The position numbers and the translations under genes are program-made. A DNA stretch of 63,808 nucleotides, filler included, from Bigelowiella natans CCMP2755 (Eukaryota; Protista; Cercozoa), in NCBI GenBank assembly GCA_000320545.1. It is 5 parts of 5 records of this genome, joined end to end, with 100 filler letters (N's around TTAATTAATTAA, not from the genome) between each part and the next. Parts side by side here need not be neighbours in the genome. Positions count along the whole stretch, not along the records: positions 1 to 20,340 come from ADNK01001799.1; 4 more parts are not named here. One strand, written 5' to 3'. The notes beneath the pieces are model-generated. The model ran no database searches and was not told where the DNA came from. It saw only the letters and a program-made list of their open reading frames with translations. Positions 1 to 13,810 of the stretch are shown here, in pieces. How positions within the stretch are numbered: position 1 is the first letter of the stretch; each line of letters begins with the position of its first letter.

Positions 1-140
1 CCCCCCCCACCTAACAATTTATGTCAATACCCTCGTTTTGGCTGGCCACGGGGTTGGGAAAAAGAAAAGTGTGTCCATTCAGTGTGAATATAAAAAATTT
101 TTTTTATTAAGTTTTTACTCCTTCCCCGTTTCTCTTCTAG

Positions 141-636
141 GGCCATAGGCATGCTATTCAAGAGGTGATGATTTGCTCCTCTCTCAACAACGGTATCAAT
201 CAGCTTATCTCCGTCCCCCCCCCCCCCACACACACACACGTTCGATGAAATAAAATAGGATATCCGCGTAGAGAGGTACTAAAGAAGAACTACCGGTTCG
301 TGTTTACCTCTAATCATCCTCTTCATCAGGGGGTATAGAAGAGATACGCGGCGTATTGGGATCTATCATTCCCCAGCAACAGCGAGAGCATCAAGCACGA
401 CACGCAGACGGACGGGGGGGGGAACGGATGGCTCAAGGCAGAAAATCCAAACAACAGAGCACCGTACCTAGCAGCTCTGCTAGAAAGCCGCGCGAAAGGG
501 GAAATAGCAGTGATAGTCGTACAACTGCCAGCAACAGGGTTGTATGATGAGACTAGGAGATAGAGAGAGAGAGGGGGGGGGGGGGGGGGAGGGAGGAGTA
601 TTCAATAGACACGTACTTAGCACATGCGCTTCTTGC

Positions 637-679
<43 letters not shown>

Positions 680-884
680 GCTGCACCGACTGATGTTTAT
701 TTTCAAATATGAAAGAAATCGAAACGGGACCGCGACGAGCTCAGGAGAAAGATCCGAGGTAATCGACCATCTTCATCTCTGTATGTAGCACTCTTCTGAT
801 AATCCAACGTCGGGTAGGCATTAAGCGAGAGAGTGTGTGTGTGCTTTGCTAAAGCTATCAATATGTACACACACACACACACAC

Positions 885-926
<42 letters not shown>

Positions 927-1277
927 TGTGAAGAATTGCCACTTCATCATGAGCATAATCATTAGCTCACACTGACTTTTTTGAACAATTCATACGCGGC
1001 AGAACGAAGGGAGAAAGGCTTCACGGGCGGTGGAGGTGACAATGCTAGTAGTAAGACTCGAAAGAATCAGGTAAGCAGCAATGGGAGTGGTGACCGAGCG
1101 GCGTCATCGTCACCTTCGTCGTGGTGGCGGGGATCATCTTAAAACCATGCTTCAAGCTATGAACAGCGAAAGCTACTCATGTTTATGATCCTACTGCTAC
1201 TGCAGCCGACAATGCCGCACGTATCGTATCTAAGGCGCCCGAAGCCAGACAGCGCCAAGAACTATGTAGCTATGTAG
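141..1277 (+). CDS. 3' part of a spliced hypothetical protein (hydrophilic, basic)
   Basis: AG/GT-bounded exons read open: ~260-295 (YPRREVLKKNYR), 330-~538 (GIEEIRGVLGSIIPQQ...), ~1003-1070 and ~1206-1277 (PTMPHVSYLRRPKPDSAKNYVAM*). No family recognised; the 5' end lies outside the window. Confidence 0.45.
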
Positions 1278-2154
1278 CATGTATTGATGATAGGCAAGTG
1301 CGGTAGCTACGGGCATGACGTTAATATTACAAAATAAATCTCATATGTATAGGCAAACTGTGTCTATTGTGGCAAAGCCAATTGGGCATGCGACAAAACA
1401 CAGCTAGTGCCACAATCATTTCATTTATGACCGTCTCACATGTGCAAACAGGCGGTACACGCGTTGTTAATTCCATAATTTTTCCATGATGCACGAGAAA
1501 TTCTGCTATGTGGGCAATGGCGCGATGCTCTGCTGTGGATTTTTGCCATGTCATTTTCAACAGTGATCATTTTCACAGAAGACGTGTGATGTGCCTGTGA
1601 TTTTCATCATGTCGTTCTAGCAATTTAGTTCAGCAGTGGGTCGGTGGTCAGTAGACAAATTTTCATGTAGCGCATTTTCGCAATTTTGGCTACCGCGAAA
1701 AATGGGGAAATGAAATGTGGCTAGGAGGGGCATGGTTGTCACCCAGTAGCATCGCAACGTCTAGAGCACAAAAAGATGAAAGCGCACAGATGAGCCTTGC
1801 GGCACCCCCTGCTGCACTGCCCTACTGTGACTTGCTCTGAACTGCAGCATATGTTTATTCGCATGCACACAAAGCTATCAATTCAAATTCTTGCTTGACA
1901 TTCATGACATGCTTGCTCATTGCTTGATCACTCACAGCTTACCTAGCAATGCGACTACATGGACTTCAATTTCATTCTTGTTACATAAAAACATTCACTT
2001 CAATACATGGCTATCGTGTAACGAACATGGCACTTGTTTGAATACGCAGCACGCTAGCACGGCACAAGATAAGATTGGCAATGATGACAAACTCCATCAT
2101 AATTTCACCATCTTTATCACACGATGTAGGCCTTGATATAGCAGCCAACAATCA

Positions 2155-4220
2155 TCATTCATATGCTCTTCCATCATCACCATCATGGCCTCCGCCCCCG
2201 AAGTCATCCATAATGCTTCCGGACAATGGCGGCGGACCGGTGTTGAGAAGGCCTGGAGGAGCCAACGCTTGATTCTGAGAAGGCTGATAGTGCCGCTGTT
2301 GGCCACCCGCAAAATCTCCCTGCATGTTGTTTGGCATGGGTCTATCTGGAGGCATATACTCATCACTATGGGGGGGGAGAGGGTATCTATACGGTTGACT
2401 CTGCGACGGGGCATAATTATCTCGGTCTCCATTGCCTCCACGACTCCCCCCGTCGTAATCTGCATAGTCATAAGACTTGCCGTATTCCACTGCATGGGGA
2501 GGGGGACGGCGGCTACGATGGGGCGGTGACCTTATTCTGGATCGCTGCCATTCTTCTTCTCTGGTTCGAATAGAAGACTGCTGGTGCTGACTAGGTAACA
2601 TCGCCCCCCCCCTATCATTGATGCTGCCGTCAGTTGAGTATGCACTGCTACGAGCACTGCGACGGCGGTGATCTTCGCCTTGAAAAGGAGGGGCGTGGTG
2701 TGAATGAGGGGGAGGATTATTTGGACGGACTAGCCGAGGGTCCTCATCTCCTCTCCCCCTCCCTATGTTATCAGGTATCATCATCACGTCTGGATGAGGG
2801 GGAGGATGGTCAAGGAGGTTTTTCTGAGAGGCAGGAGGGGGGAGGGGGTCATAGTTGAATCTTTGGGTTTCCCCACCCCTTTGGAACCTAGGGTTGTAGA
2901 AGGAAGGCGGCGAAGAATATGGTGGAGGAGGGTGACGATATTCTGGGGGGTACTGCATCTCGAAGTCCCTTCTTTGGGTAAAATGCTGGTGTTGATGCTG
3001 TTTCTGATGCTGACGATACTGCTGATGATGGTGATGCTGCTGCTGATGGTATTGCTGCTGTTGATGGGCATGCCAGTGCTGATTTTGGTCATCATAATAA
3101 GGGGATCGTGACTGCGCAAAACCCCCAGCAGCCGCGTCTTCCTCATGCATCATCATCATTCCATCGCCTTCCCCCTCTTCATTATTATTATTCCCCTCTC
3201 CCCCGTAAGTGTACCGAGGGTGCTGATGCTGCACCTGATACCCGCTGCTGCTTGGGTGGGGCATATAGGAATCAGGATACGGAGCTGGGGGGCGGTGGAA
3301 AGTACTCTTATCCGCCATGCCAGCCATCTCAGGGTGATGATGCACGGGGGGGGGCGGGTAGCGATTCTGATTGCTTAGCCGCGATTTCTGCTGCTGATGC
3401 TGCTGCTGCTGCTGCTGATGGTGCTGGTGTAGTAGAGGTGGTGGCTGATAAGCTGTGGTTTCCGATTGATAGTGCCTTAGTTCTCTTTCCATTCTTCCTC
3501 CTGTCGCTGCTCGTGGCAAATGGCTGAAACTGCGTCCTGTCCTCCGATCATTTCCCCACTGAGCGCCAGGGTGTCCGTCAGCATTCACGCCACCAATGCC
3601 CATACTACTGCCTTCTTTGCCGATATGGTTTCTTCCCCCCCCTTCCTCCTCCTCCTCCTCCTCCTCTTCTGAAGGAACCATCTCGCCTTCTATTAAACTA
3701 TTTGGCTTTGGTGTCAGCGGCAAAGAAGCACTTCTTTGCTGCCCGTCCTCTTCCTTTCCCTCCTCCTCTTCCTCTCCTTCCTCGCCGCCCCGTGCAGTGC
3801 TCGCTGATAGGTGATCGGTCGGCGGCGGAAGGGCCGGGGGTTGATGCTCCTGCTCGCCAGCATGGGTATCCTCTCTTTCTGTATTTTCCGGAGAGGGTTG
3901 CAGTTTTGACCTAGTCACAGATGTAGCAGGCTTGTCATCATCCTCATGCCCCTCGGATCCCTGCTTCGAGCGGTTGCGGTGTTGGCGGTGGCGGCGGGTG
4001 GCAAACCTAGGCGCGGAGGGGGGTCGCGGCCTTCCTTGATGCAGCTTCAGGAAATCGTCGGAGTCTGTGTTGTTAGCGTCCTCGCTGTGTATGTATATTG
4101 GAAACCAACAAACGACGATCACGGCGCCGGAGTTAGTGAATTGCGAAGAACGGGTTCATTGTTTTCGGGTGATGAGACAGCACAATCCTTCCTTGCGGAA
4201 GGAGGAATGAACAGTGACAT
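2155..4220 (-). CDS. Q/H/P/G-rich intrinsically disordered protein (prion-like low complexity)
   Basis: Uninterrupted 655-codon ORF. An ATG at 4220 (MSLFIPPSARK...) joins it in phase through a candidate 38-nt GT-AG intron at 4085-4122. No folded domain recognised. Confidence 0.65.
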
Positions 4221-4472
4221 GAAACAGCGAAAGCGCTACTGAAAGAACGGCAGTAGAAACGAGATATATTTGTGGGCGTATGTTGCATCCATATGTGTCT
4301 GAGTTACGTCTTTGTTTTCTTCTCTACTTATTTCATTGGATATCATCCATGAAAATGTGATGAGTAGGGCAAATCAAAAAAGGCCATTCGTTTTAGATAA
4401 TCAAGGGGTGGATTCCAATCGGTCGATTAAATTACTATGAAAAGAAACGGCCCCTTAAGCTCGCCAGCCTTT

Positions 4473-4629
4473 TCACACACACACACACAAATGTACAAAT
4501 GAGAGTGAAAGCGGGGATTTGGACACGTTTGCTATCTTGCTATCTCCACTAGTAGGAGCAGTAGCAACATCAACAGGAAAACCAGAAGAAACGACAAGGA
4601 CACGCGTTTCCACCTCCTTCACCACCACT

Positions 4630-4660
<31 letters not shown>

Positions 4661-6001
4661 CTACAAATTCTACAACTACTACTATTACTACAACAACTAC
4701 TACTACTACTATGGCAAACAACCGCTCGTTCTCCCTCTCGCTCGCGCTCTCATCCTCGTACACCAAGCTGTAGTCGGAAATCCCATAGTGAGCAATTGTG
4801 CGATGGTCCTGCAAGCGCCGCCCCTTAAACCATATGTACTGTGGCAGGTAGGCCTCGCGTTGGTACACGAGCACTTTGATGTCGGAGATATGATCTCCCT
4901 CGTCGAGGAACACGTCGCGGTCACTTCCAGTCAACGTGCGGACGAAGAAGCGCACAGGGCGGCGAGGAGGCTGATACATATAATCCTGCAATTCCTTCTG
5001 CTCGAATGGATCCTCTACCCAGCTGTCCGGGGGCATTGTCTTCTCCTGATGTAATAATAATCATGATGATAATAATATTAATAGCAATTAATACCGATGG
5101 TTATAAATATTACTTCACACCGAACCCCCCCCCCCCCCCTCTCATTTGTCTACCCTCCCTGCCCTCTCCCAGCACGGCTATCAATATATCGTTCATTCTT
5201 CTGATTTACCGGGTCGAAGGCAGACACGTAGGCATCGTCCCTGAAGCGCACTGCCCACGACTTAGCGCCTGGCCCTCCGATTTTGCACGCCCGGAGAGCC
5301 TCAACATACGTGTCCTCTTCCCGGAAAATACCTAATCGATGAGGCACAATAAACACGACGACGACGAGGATAATGATGATGATATGGCTAGATTACGATG
5401 GTGCTAAAAACTGCACGGGACGAGTTTGATGGATATATGCTTGTATGTGCTAGAATAGGGTAAAGCGACCTCTAAGCTTCATGTGCTGTGTCAGCTCTAT
5501 TGCTGCTTGCCACGCCTTTGGTAAGTGGGTTGTAATTTGTGGTAGAAACGAGCGAATGAGGGGTGACAGCAGAAGGAAAGTAGGAGAAGAAATAGAAATG
5601 GGGAAAAGGTGGAGAAAAGAGCTGCGCTTTAGATTTGCGAGACTCCTCCTAGACCACACTCATCCTCATCGTCATTATAACTTCACCACAGTGATTAGAG
5701 CTAGATTCCATTGCTCCTTTACCTTGGAGTTGACCGCCGAAGCTATGACGGGAGTGTAGCAACTTGCATCCAGCCGAAACGTCGCCTTTCGAATCGCTCT
5801 CATGATCTGTAAAAAGGGTTGATCAAGAAGGAGGGGAAATCAGGGAAATCGCGCTCTCGCACAAATATGCGCGAGTTGATATAGGAGGCAACAAGAAACA
5901 TATTGAGGATGTAAAAGGTACGACAACCAAGTCGCCGCGACCGGAAACCATTGGCGATTACATAACAATCAGAGTCTCGCAAAATTGCATGATTTAAACC
6001 C

Positions 6002-6060
<59 letters not shown>

Positions 6061-6164
6061 ACGCGCTCGCGCGCGTGTGAGAGCTCTTCCTTTTGAAACG
6101 ACCTGGATCCCACGCTGCCACTCACCATGAGGCCTCATCGCTTCTAGAACCTAAAGAAAGCGTA

Positions 6165-6203
<39 letters not shown>

Positions 6204-6451
6204 CACACAAGACCAACGTGCATGTGTGTGTATCTTGGCCTTCAACCCACGAGCGCCGAAATTTGAATGTTTTACCTTGTGAAAGAAGATAGGGCGGGGG
6301 CGATCAGGCAAAACTTTGGCTGATATTCGCAGTATATCAAGCGCAACGCGCCATTGTCGGGCCTTAGTGCAGCCGTCGAGGCATGCTTCGAAATCCTTTA
6401 ACCTAAGAATTTGGCTGACTTTCAATAGATCCTCGAATTTGGTGAAGACAA

Positions 6452-6489
<38 letters not shown>

Positions 6490-7359
6490 CGCACACGTTC
6501 ACGTAAAGTCATATCCATACCTGACTGCGAGGTTCCGCTCTGCTTGCGTGCGGAGGAGTGACACAGCCTTCTCCCATTTACCGTCGCGGAAAAATCCCTT
6601 CATCGTCAACGAGTATATACCGTGTACTTTTTCTTCCATGCCCCCCAGATCTTCTCCCCCCCCCCAACCGTCGTGGTAGGTTTTATGTGAAAACTCATCG
6701 CCTTGCTGATTAATGCCTAGAAATGTTTCCCCCAGGCTTGTCGCGAGCGCCGAGTGATTATGTGCGAGAAGAGTTCGCAGCAGCTGAAGTAGAGCGCGAT
6801 GATGGCAACACAAACCACACAAACGTATCCAGTTTCAAGCTGTGCATCGTGAAAGAAACAATTACGGCACGAGGGAAAGACACCTGAATTTTGGTTTGAA
6901 TATCAACGTCCACATGGTCCTCTTCTTTGCTGGCTTTTAAGACTTCCAGAGCCTCGCACCAAGCGCCTTTTTTTAAACGATTAAGGGTTGGATAGGGGGG
7001 CGAGGGGTACGATGAGCTCTTCTACTTTGTTCACCCATTGTATCACAGCCATTTTCGGGGTAGATTTTGAATCAAATTGACGGAAATCGCAGGGGAGTGG
7101 GACACAATAGTATATCATCTTGCTTGCAATAGCCAACATACCTTCTTCAGCTAGGCTATGAACGGCCACGGATGCAATACGGATGTGTGGCGTGAGGCCG
7201 AGGGACCTTTTCGGATCACGGCTGCGAGAGCTTATCCAGGCGGCCAACACCTTATGAAATAATGCTTATGATTTATGACAGAAACACCAGCAGAACCACC
7301 ACCGCCGCCGGTAGCAGAAACAACAACAATACGATATTTACGAGCACGCACACACACAC

Positions 7360-7405
<46 letters not shown>

Positions 7406-7776
7406 GAAGAGAGACCTCCCGAGATTCCCCGTGATGATTCTTATCATTCATCCAATCCACCACGTCGTCTAACAGCAGCCGCTTGCCTTTCTTCTTGATG
7501 TCCACGAGCGGATTATAGTGCTGGGGGTCAGGGACCTTGAACCAGTATTTGGGCACTTTGCCCTGGTAATCGTCCGGCACGTAGCCGTAGCCACCGAAGG
7601 CGTCTAAATATCCCTGCTGGGAGTAGTTGAAGTATCTCCTCCACGTGTTTGTATAGGTATCAGGCCGCCATTGGTCGAGTGGAGGGGGCCAGGACGAGGT
7701 CATGTTCAGCTGAATATATAAGGTGGGGAGGTGGACATCAAAAACAAACAAAGATAAAATCTGAATTACGACGACA

Positions 7777-7807
<31 letters not shown>

Positions 7808-9327
7808 GGAAAAGGGCGACAGAGTCATAATCACAAATCGATAATTGAGAGAAACGGAGCCATCGCTCGTTCTTTCGCTATTACCACTTCTTCTGCGTAG
7901 CGGTTGGCTTTCAACGCCTCTTCGTACCTTTGTGGAGAAAACGACATACACAAACAACAGTAGTAATCACAATACGATCAGACACGGACGCTTTCCAGTA
8001 AGGAAACGTACACGCTCGCAAGTGCACAAAACACGTACGATAGTAGCGTCAGCTGCTCGGCAAGAGGGCCAGTCTGCCATTCGACAACGTAGAGTGCGAC
8101 TCGCGAGAGCCGCTCGCGCCCTCCTCCTCCTCCTCCTCCTCCTCCTCCTCCTCCTTTTCCATTTGTATCGCTGCCTTTCTCAGCAGCCACGTAGAATAGC
8201 TCATCCTCAGTTTTCGGGACAGGGAAGGAGTAAGGAAGTGCGACCTCGTCTCCTGCTCTTTCCGTCGGTCTGTGCGCGTTTTCTGGGTCAATTCGCCACG
8301 TTTCCCCTCGGCTTCCGTGGGCATCGAAGTACTCCCTTTTCTTCATCTTCGACCTGCTGCTCAATTTTGTATGATCGCCCCTCTTCTTCATCAACGCGAG
8401 ATCTGGGATCGGCGGTGGGGGGAGGGGGTCGCCGGGAGATTTGAGCCATTTGAGCACCGAGGACTTGTTGGCGGCAATTGTTTCGTTGGCGAGAATGAAC
8501 CCTCTCACCTCCCCCGTACTGGGAACCAGCCGCCCCCCTACTGCTTGGACCTGCAGACGAACAACGAAATCAGCGAGCTACAGAGAGAGGAGAGGAGAGG
8601 AGAGGAGAGGAGAGGGGGGTGTGATGTCGGAGGACAGTTGATAATGTAGTGATGACGACGAGAAATCCATGTGGGATGTGATTGTGATAACGGATGAATT
8701 CAGCCTAGAAAGGCCGTTCAGTAACACGGCTGCTGCAATAAAACAAGAGCTATTCTCTGTCGATCATGTCGGAGTGCCCATCTCACGACAACATGATTCA
8801 CACTGAGCGCGTTCTTTGATCATATACTCCTACTGACCCGTATTGCGACAGGCTTCCAAAGGAGATACTTCCTATCTGGGTTGTACGGCTCGGAATCGCG
8901 GCGAAACTAACGTTGGATGGCATGCCCCAATCGAGGAAATTCAGTGACTAAAAATCGCGACGGACCGTCTTGGTTGAAAGGTGATGAGTGAGGGAAATGA
9001 GAGCAATAAACGAGCTCAAAAAGGGCTGATGCACTGGATGGCTCAATACTATGATGATACCAGTGCTACTATCGAGTGAAAAACTAGCCGAAAACAGCAA
9101 TTGGCGATGAGCAAGCACCTTCTCAGTATCAATGATGATGCGGGCCCATATGTCCTCCAGGAGCTCTTCATCGTCAATTTCCTGATTAATATAATAAATA
9201 AGATAAAGGCGGCGTGAGTTTTTCTCCTCCCGGTGTGTCTCATCTCCATTTCACATCAATTATTATGACACCGAAAATATCCCAGCATGTTATGGCATTG
9301 TAGTATTATTAATAATGATCATCATCG

Positions 9328-9359
<32 letters not shown>

Positions 9360-9584
9360 GTGGGGTGTTGACCTCTCTTCGACCAAACTGCGTTCCAAAA
9401 TTGCTCAAAGGCCAGCTGACGCGCCAGATGCGTTGCGGAACTCCATTTTCGTCGGTTTTGTTCGATAGTTCCGGGGGGAGAAATCCCAAAACAAAGCCAT
9501 GCCATATCATGAATCGTTTCGGATAATTGAGGCGAATCCTTACGACTCTCATGCCAATAGCGGGGTGACCGCGCCCCCTTTCCG

Positions 9585-9623
<39 letters not shown>

Positions 9624-10167
9624 GACAGACACACAGACACACAGACACACAGACACACAGACACACAGACACACAGACACACAGACACACAGACAATGGA
9701 CATATTAAATATATATATATATATATATATATATTTATTTGTTTCATATTTATTTTGATACGTAATGCACGTTTGAAGTATCTGCGATGAGCAGCATGGC
9801 CCCTCTCCTGACCCATCATTTTGGATGAGAACCTATTGACTTCTCATTCTTACCGAAACATCCGATCGCGTAGCCGCACCCCCTGCCTGTCCGCATAGCT
9901 AGCTGGATACCTAGTAGGAGGGGGGTGAAGGTGAGCGAGAGAGACAGATACACGCGGGGACGTACGTATACACACGCTCTCTCTAGCAGGAACCTACTAG
10001 CTGGAGCACAAGGACACGATGGCGTCGTTCAAGGACAAACCATCATAAAATGGAAGGAAGGAACAAGGGAAGAGGAAGGAAAGCAAGAAGGAGGAGGAGG
10101 AGGAGGAGGAGGAGGAGGGAGGGGGGAGTGGGGGGAGTGGAAAATTTCGAATGCAGTTCTTCGTTCT

Positions 10168-10211
<44 letters not shown>

Positions 10212-10620
10212 CATACAAGAACTCGTCTGGCTGCGTCGGTTTGTACTCAAACTTGGGTTTGGTCTTCATCGGCTTCTCCATGAGAGCCTTGAACTCCTGG
10301 CGAACTTCCGCCTCTTGCCGCACTTCAAACTCTCCATCATCCTTGAGCACCGCGACGTTCCTTCCAGCGTCTGCGAGCGTCTTTGGATCGGTGCCCTTGA
10401 ACATGTCCCCCCCACTCCCCATGAAAAACTTTCGCTTTCCCATCAGCGTGTAGATCTTCACGTTTCGCTCGTTCATTATCTGAGTGTGGGGGGGGGGGAG
10501 GGAGGGAAGCAGAGAGTTGGATGCGTAAGAGAGAATATGTCTGTGCGTGCGCGTGTTTATTTACGCGTTTTGATGATGAAGAAAACGGGTCGACTCCGTT
10601 TGGCTGGGCCGAAATAGAGG

Positions 10621-10669
<49 letters not shown>

Positions 10670-11020
10670 TAATATAAGGTTTGAAAACAAGCCCCATTTG
10701 GCTCTGCAAATCGGCTTGGAGTCCATCGCAACGGCTTGTCTCAATATCATTAGTATTATCATCATTACTATCCTTGTTGATAAATACTCGTGTGTTTCAT
10801 CAGCAAATACCTGCACTGTGTTCGCAAGGTCTCCAGTGGAGAATTCCACCTGAATCATAATCATCATCATCTTCTTCTTCTTCTTCATCGTCATCAACAA
10901 AACTGCCATGATCATTATCCTAACAATCATCATTGTCTTCCTCCTCCCGCCGCCTTCGCCACACGGCCATCACCTTCATAGGCACACCCCGGAAACAAAA
11001 CAGACAGAGAAAGAAAGAGG

Positions 11021-11092
<72 letters not shown>

Positions 11093-12232
11093 ACACACAC
11101 AGGACAGCTACCTCCCACAATCCAGCCAGCTTATTCTCACCATCCCTATACTTTGAAGACCCAGGTGGGCAGTACCGCGCGACGTGCCCTAGCGAGCAAT
11201 TCAGCTCCAAACCGCTCTCTGAGAGCACAGGCACTCGCACCACTCTCCCGACATATGGCCCCGTGAGCTGCCATCGCATTATCGGAGCTTTGTCGTACCC
11301 GCTTTCGTCCTCCTGCCCGCCTCTCTTGGCGGCGCGCATTTCTACTCCTTGCTGGGATTGCTCCTCTGCGACCTAGGGAAGGGGAATAGAAGAACGAGAG
11401 GTCCCGATGGGGGGGCAGAGGCGAGGGGGGGAGGGGGGGGGGGGCAAAAGGGGATGTAAGCATGTTTACTTGTGGATTTATAACGAATAATTCCACAATG
11501 AATATGTCATCCAACGACTGTATCCAACTGATATATCCTCGCTTCATTTAATAGCACCATCTCTTTAATTAATGGCATCATTTTCTCCTTCTCCGTTCAA
11601 ACCAAAATACTATGGATCAACTGCGGGCGCCATGGCACATCATATCCGCATCATCCTCCCGAAGCGACGACTGACCGGGTCTTTCCCCTCAAGCTCCGGA
11701 GCGAGCACATCCGGAGGCGCATCGTCGTCGCCACCCTCCTCTAGATAGTGTCGCCACACACGAAGAATTGGAAGTGCCTTTTCCTGTGCTACGCATTTCA
11801 CCCGCAAAATGGCCAAAACGAAGTTTTGGAAGAGGTGCAGCATCGACTCATAGTCTCCCGGCCCGTTGATGGGAGAGGGGCATTTCGAGCGAATGGTGTG
11901 AACCTTGAGGAAAGGGGGGGGGGGAGAGGATGAATGGGAGGATGGAAAAATTACGAGGTAGTAGTGATGGACAACCGAATTCTTATGCTTCATACACCTT
12001 TACTTTTTGAACAGTGTTTTCATTTCCCTCCCCCCCCCCCCCTCTCTTTCTCTATTTGTCTCCTTCTCTCAGCTACAGTGCGGTCCAATTTGATACCGCA
12101 CGGGTTAGCTCGCGACGCTGCTTAAGAGAGATCTGCTTGAAGTCCTGTCAAAAATAATGCCATACACATGCGATGTGGTATTAGTGATTGTTGATGCTTT
12201 GAGAATTATCATCAGGTTGAGGAGTGGTCGCG

Positions 12233-12275
<43 letters not shown>

Positions 12276-13567
12276 CGCGACATGCCGTCTTAATGTGTTG
12301 TGTGTTTGCGCCTGTGCAGTATCTGCATAAGTGCACAATTCTGTCGGTTCTGTCGTTATAACAATTCTGCGTACGACAACAAGACGCTGTTCTTCTCTTC
12401 TTTCTTCCTGACCAGATATTCCGCTCGGTCCTCGCTATCACCATCCAGACACCGGCACACTTCCATGTATATCTGATAAGCGATCCGCAAGTCGAGGTCC
12501 TCCATCACGTGCTCCACCACATCAAAACTGATTGCAAACAACGGGTCAAGTTAACTTAGTGCGAGCAAGATGTGTGGATGCCTAGTGGCATGTATCTCAC
12601 AGCATTAAGACGAAGAAGATGAAGAAGACGAAGAGAAGAAGAAGAAGAAGAAAAAGAAGAAGAAGAAGCAGAAGAAAACGAAGAAACTTGTGATGATTCG
12701 AACGCTCGCATAAGCCACTGTGCGTTTTGCAGAATCAAGAGAGATCTTTGCTCTGAACTTAAGAGAAAGGCCCCTCAATTGGGTTCTCCTCCCCCCCCCC
12801 CCCGCCCCTGGGTTGTTACCTCTGCCTTGTCTCGAGAATCATGTTGAATTTCTCCAACAGCTCCTCCTCATTCTCCACGTGGCCGACTAGAAGCCCCATC
12901 ATCTCTGGCACTGACTCCGTAAGATGTGCGTGGAGGGAGAAGGGAGCGAGCGGTGCAGGCGTCGGCGATACGCCTTTATATAGCTTCGGTTTCTGCGTAT
13001 TGCTTTTCTGCCACGCCTTTAGTGCCTGTAAGGGGGGGAAGGGGGGGGGAGATAGTGGCACATGAAAATAGAAGAAGCAGAACGACAATTGTAATGCGAG
13101 CAGCTATGATTTTTACGTGGTAACAGTAGCAAGGCCAGCGGGAACTTATGAACATTGTAGCCGATATCAGTAATACCTTCTCCTCCTCCTCCTCCTTCTC
13201 ATATTACTATTGCTATTACTACTTCTACTACTGGTACTACTATCAGCAGTGAGGAGGCAGAAATCGGAAGCAAAGGGTGAGGTTGATGAGATATGTATGA
13301 TGCTGTTGTGCTACTACACGCTCAATAGCGTAACAACAGGGCGACAGCTTACTTTGAATCCCTCGGTTTTGCTTAGATTCACAAGTAATTGGTGCGTTTG
13401 CCAGTCTTCGTCCTCCCACCCGCACAGAATCGTCTTTTGCCGTGTTGGCCATGTTAAATTGCGGTACCACGCGCGCACTTCCCTGTGTTCTTTGGGTTTA
13501 TGTTTTTTTGGGGGGGGGTGCAATGATGCAATTAGTATGTGCTCACACAGACACCCCATTAACAAGC

Positions 13568-13604
<37 letters not shown>

Positions 13605-13768
13605 CACGCGCGCGCGTGCTATCATTAAGATCTTTTCACAGCGAACCGATGTCAGAAGGAAGGCTCTCCATCGATGATTCTCCGGCTGAATTGTAGAGGA
13701 ATAAAGAGTGTTCTTTCAATGTATTATGGCTGCCGTCATACTGTTGCATAGCTGCGCGCATGTCTGTG

Positions 13769-13810
<42 letters not shown>

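Noticed and set aside
866-918. Abundant (TA)n/(CA)n/(GA)n tracts as CRISPR-like arrays, or their ORFs (YIYI, CVCV, ERER, LSLS) as real peptides
   Set aside because: They are simple intronic microsatellites with no repeat-spacer structure and no cas genes. The ORFs arise because such repeats lack stop codons.
9833-9853. Candidate 21-nt nucleomorph-style GT-AG intron (GTAAGAATGAGAAGTCAATAG)
   Set aside because: The frame inherited from the upstream exon reads straight through it (FGKNEKSIG), so it is not required. It cannot be supported without transcripts.
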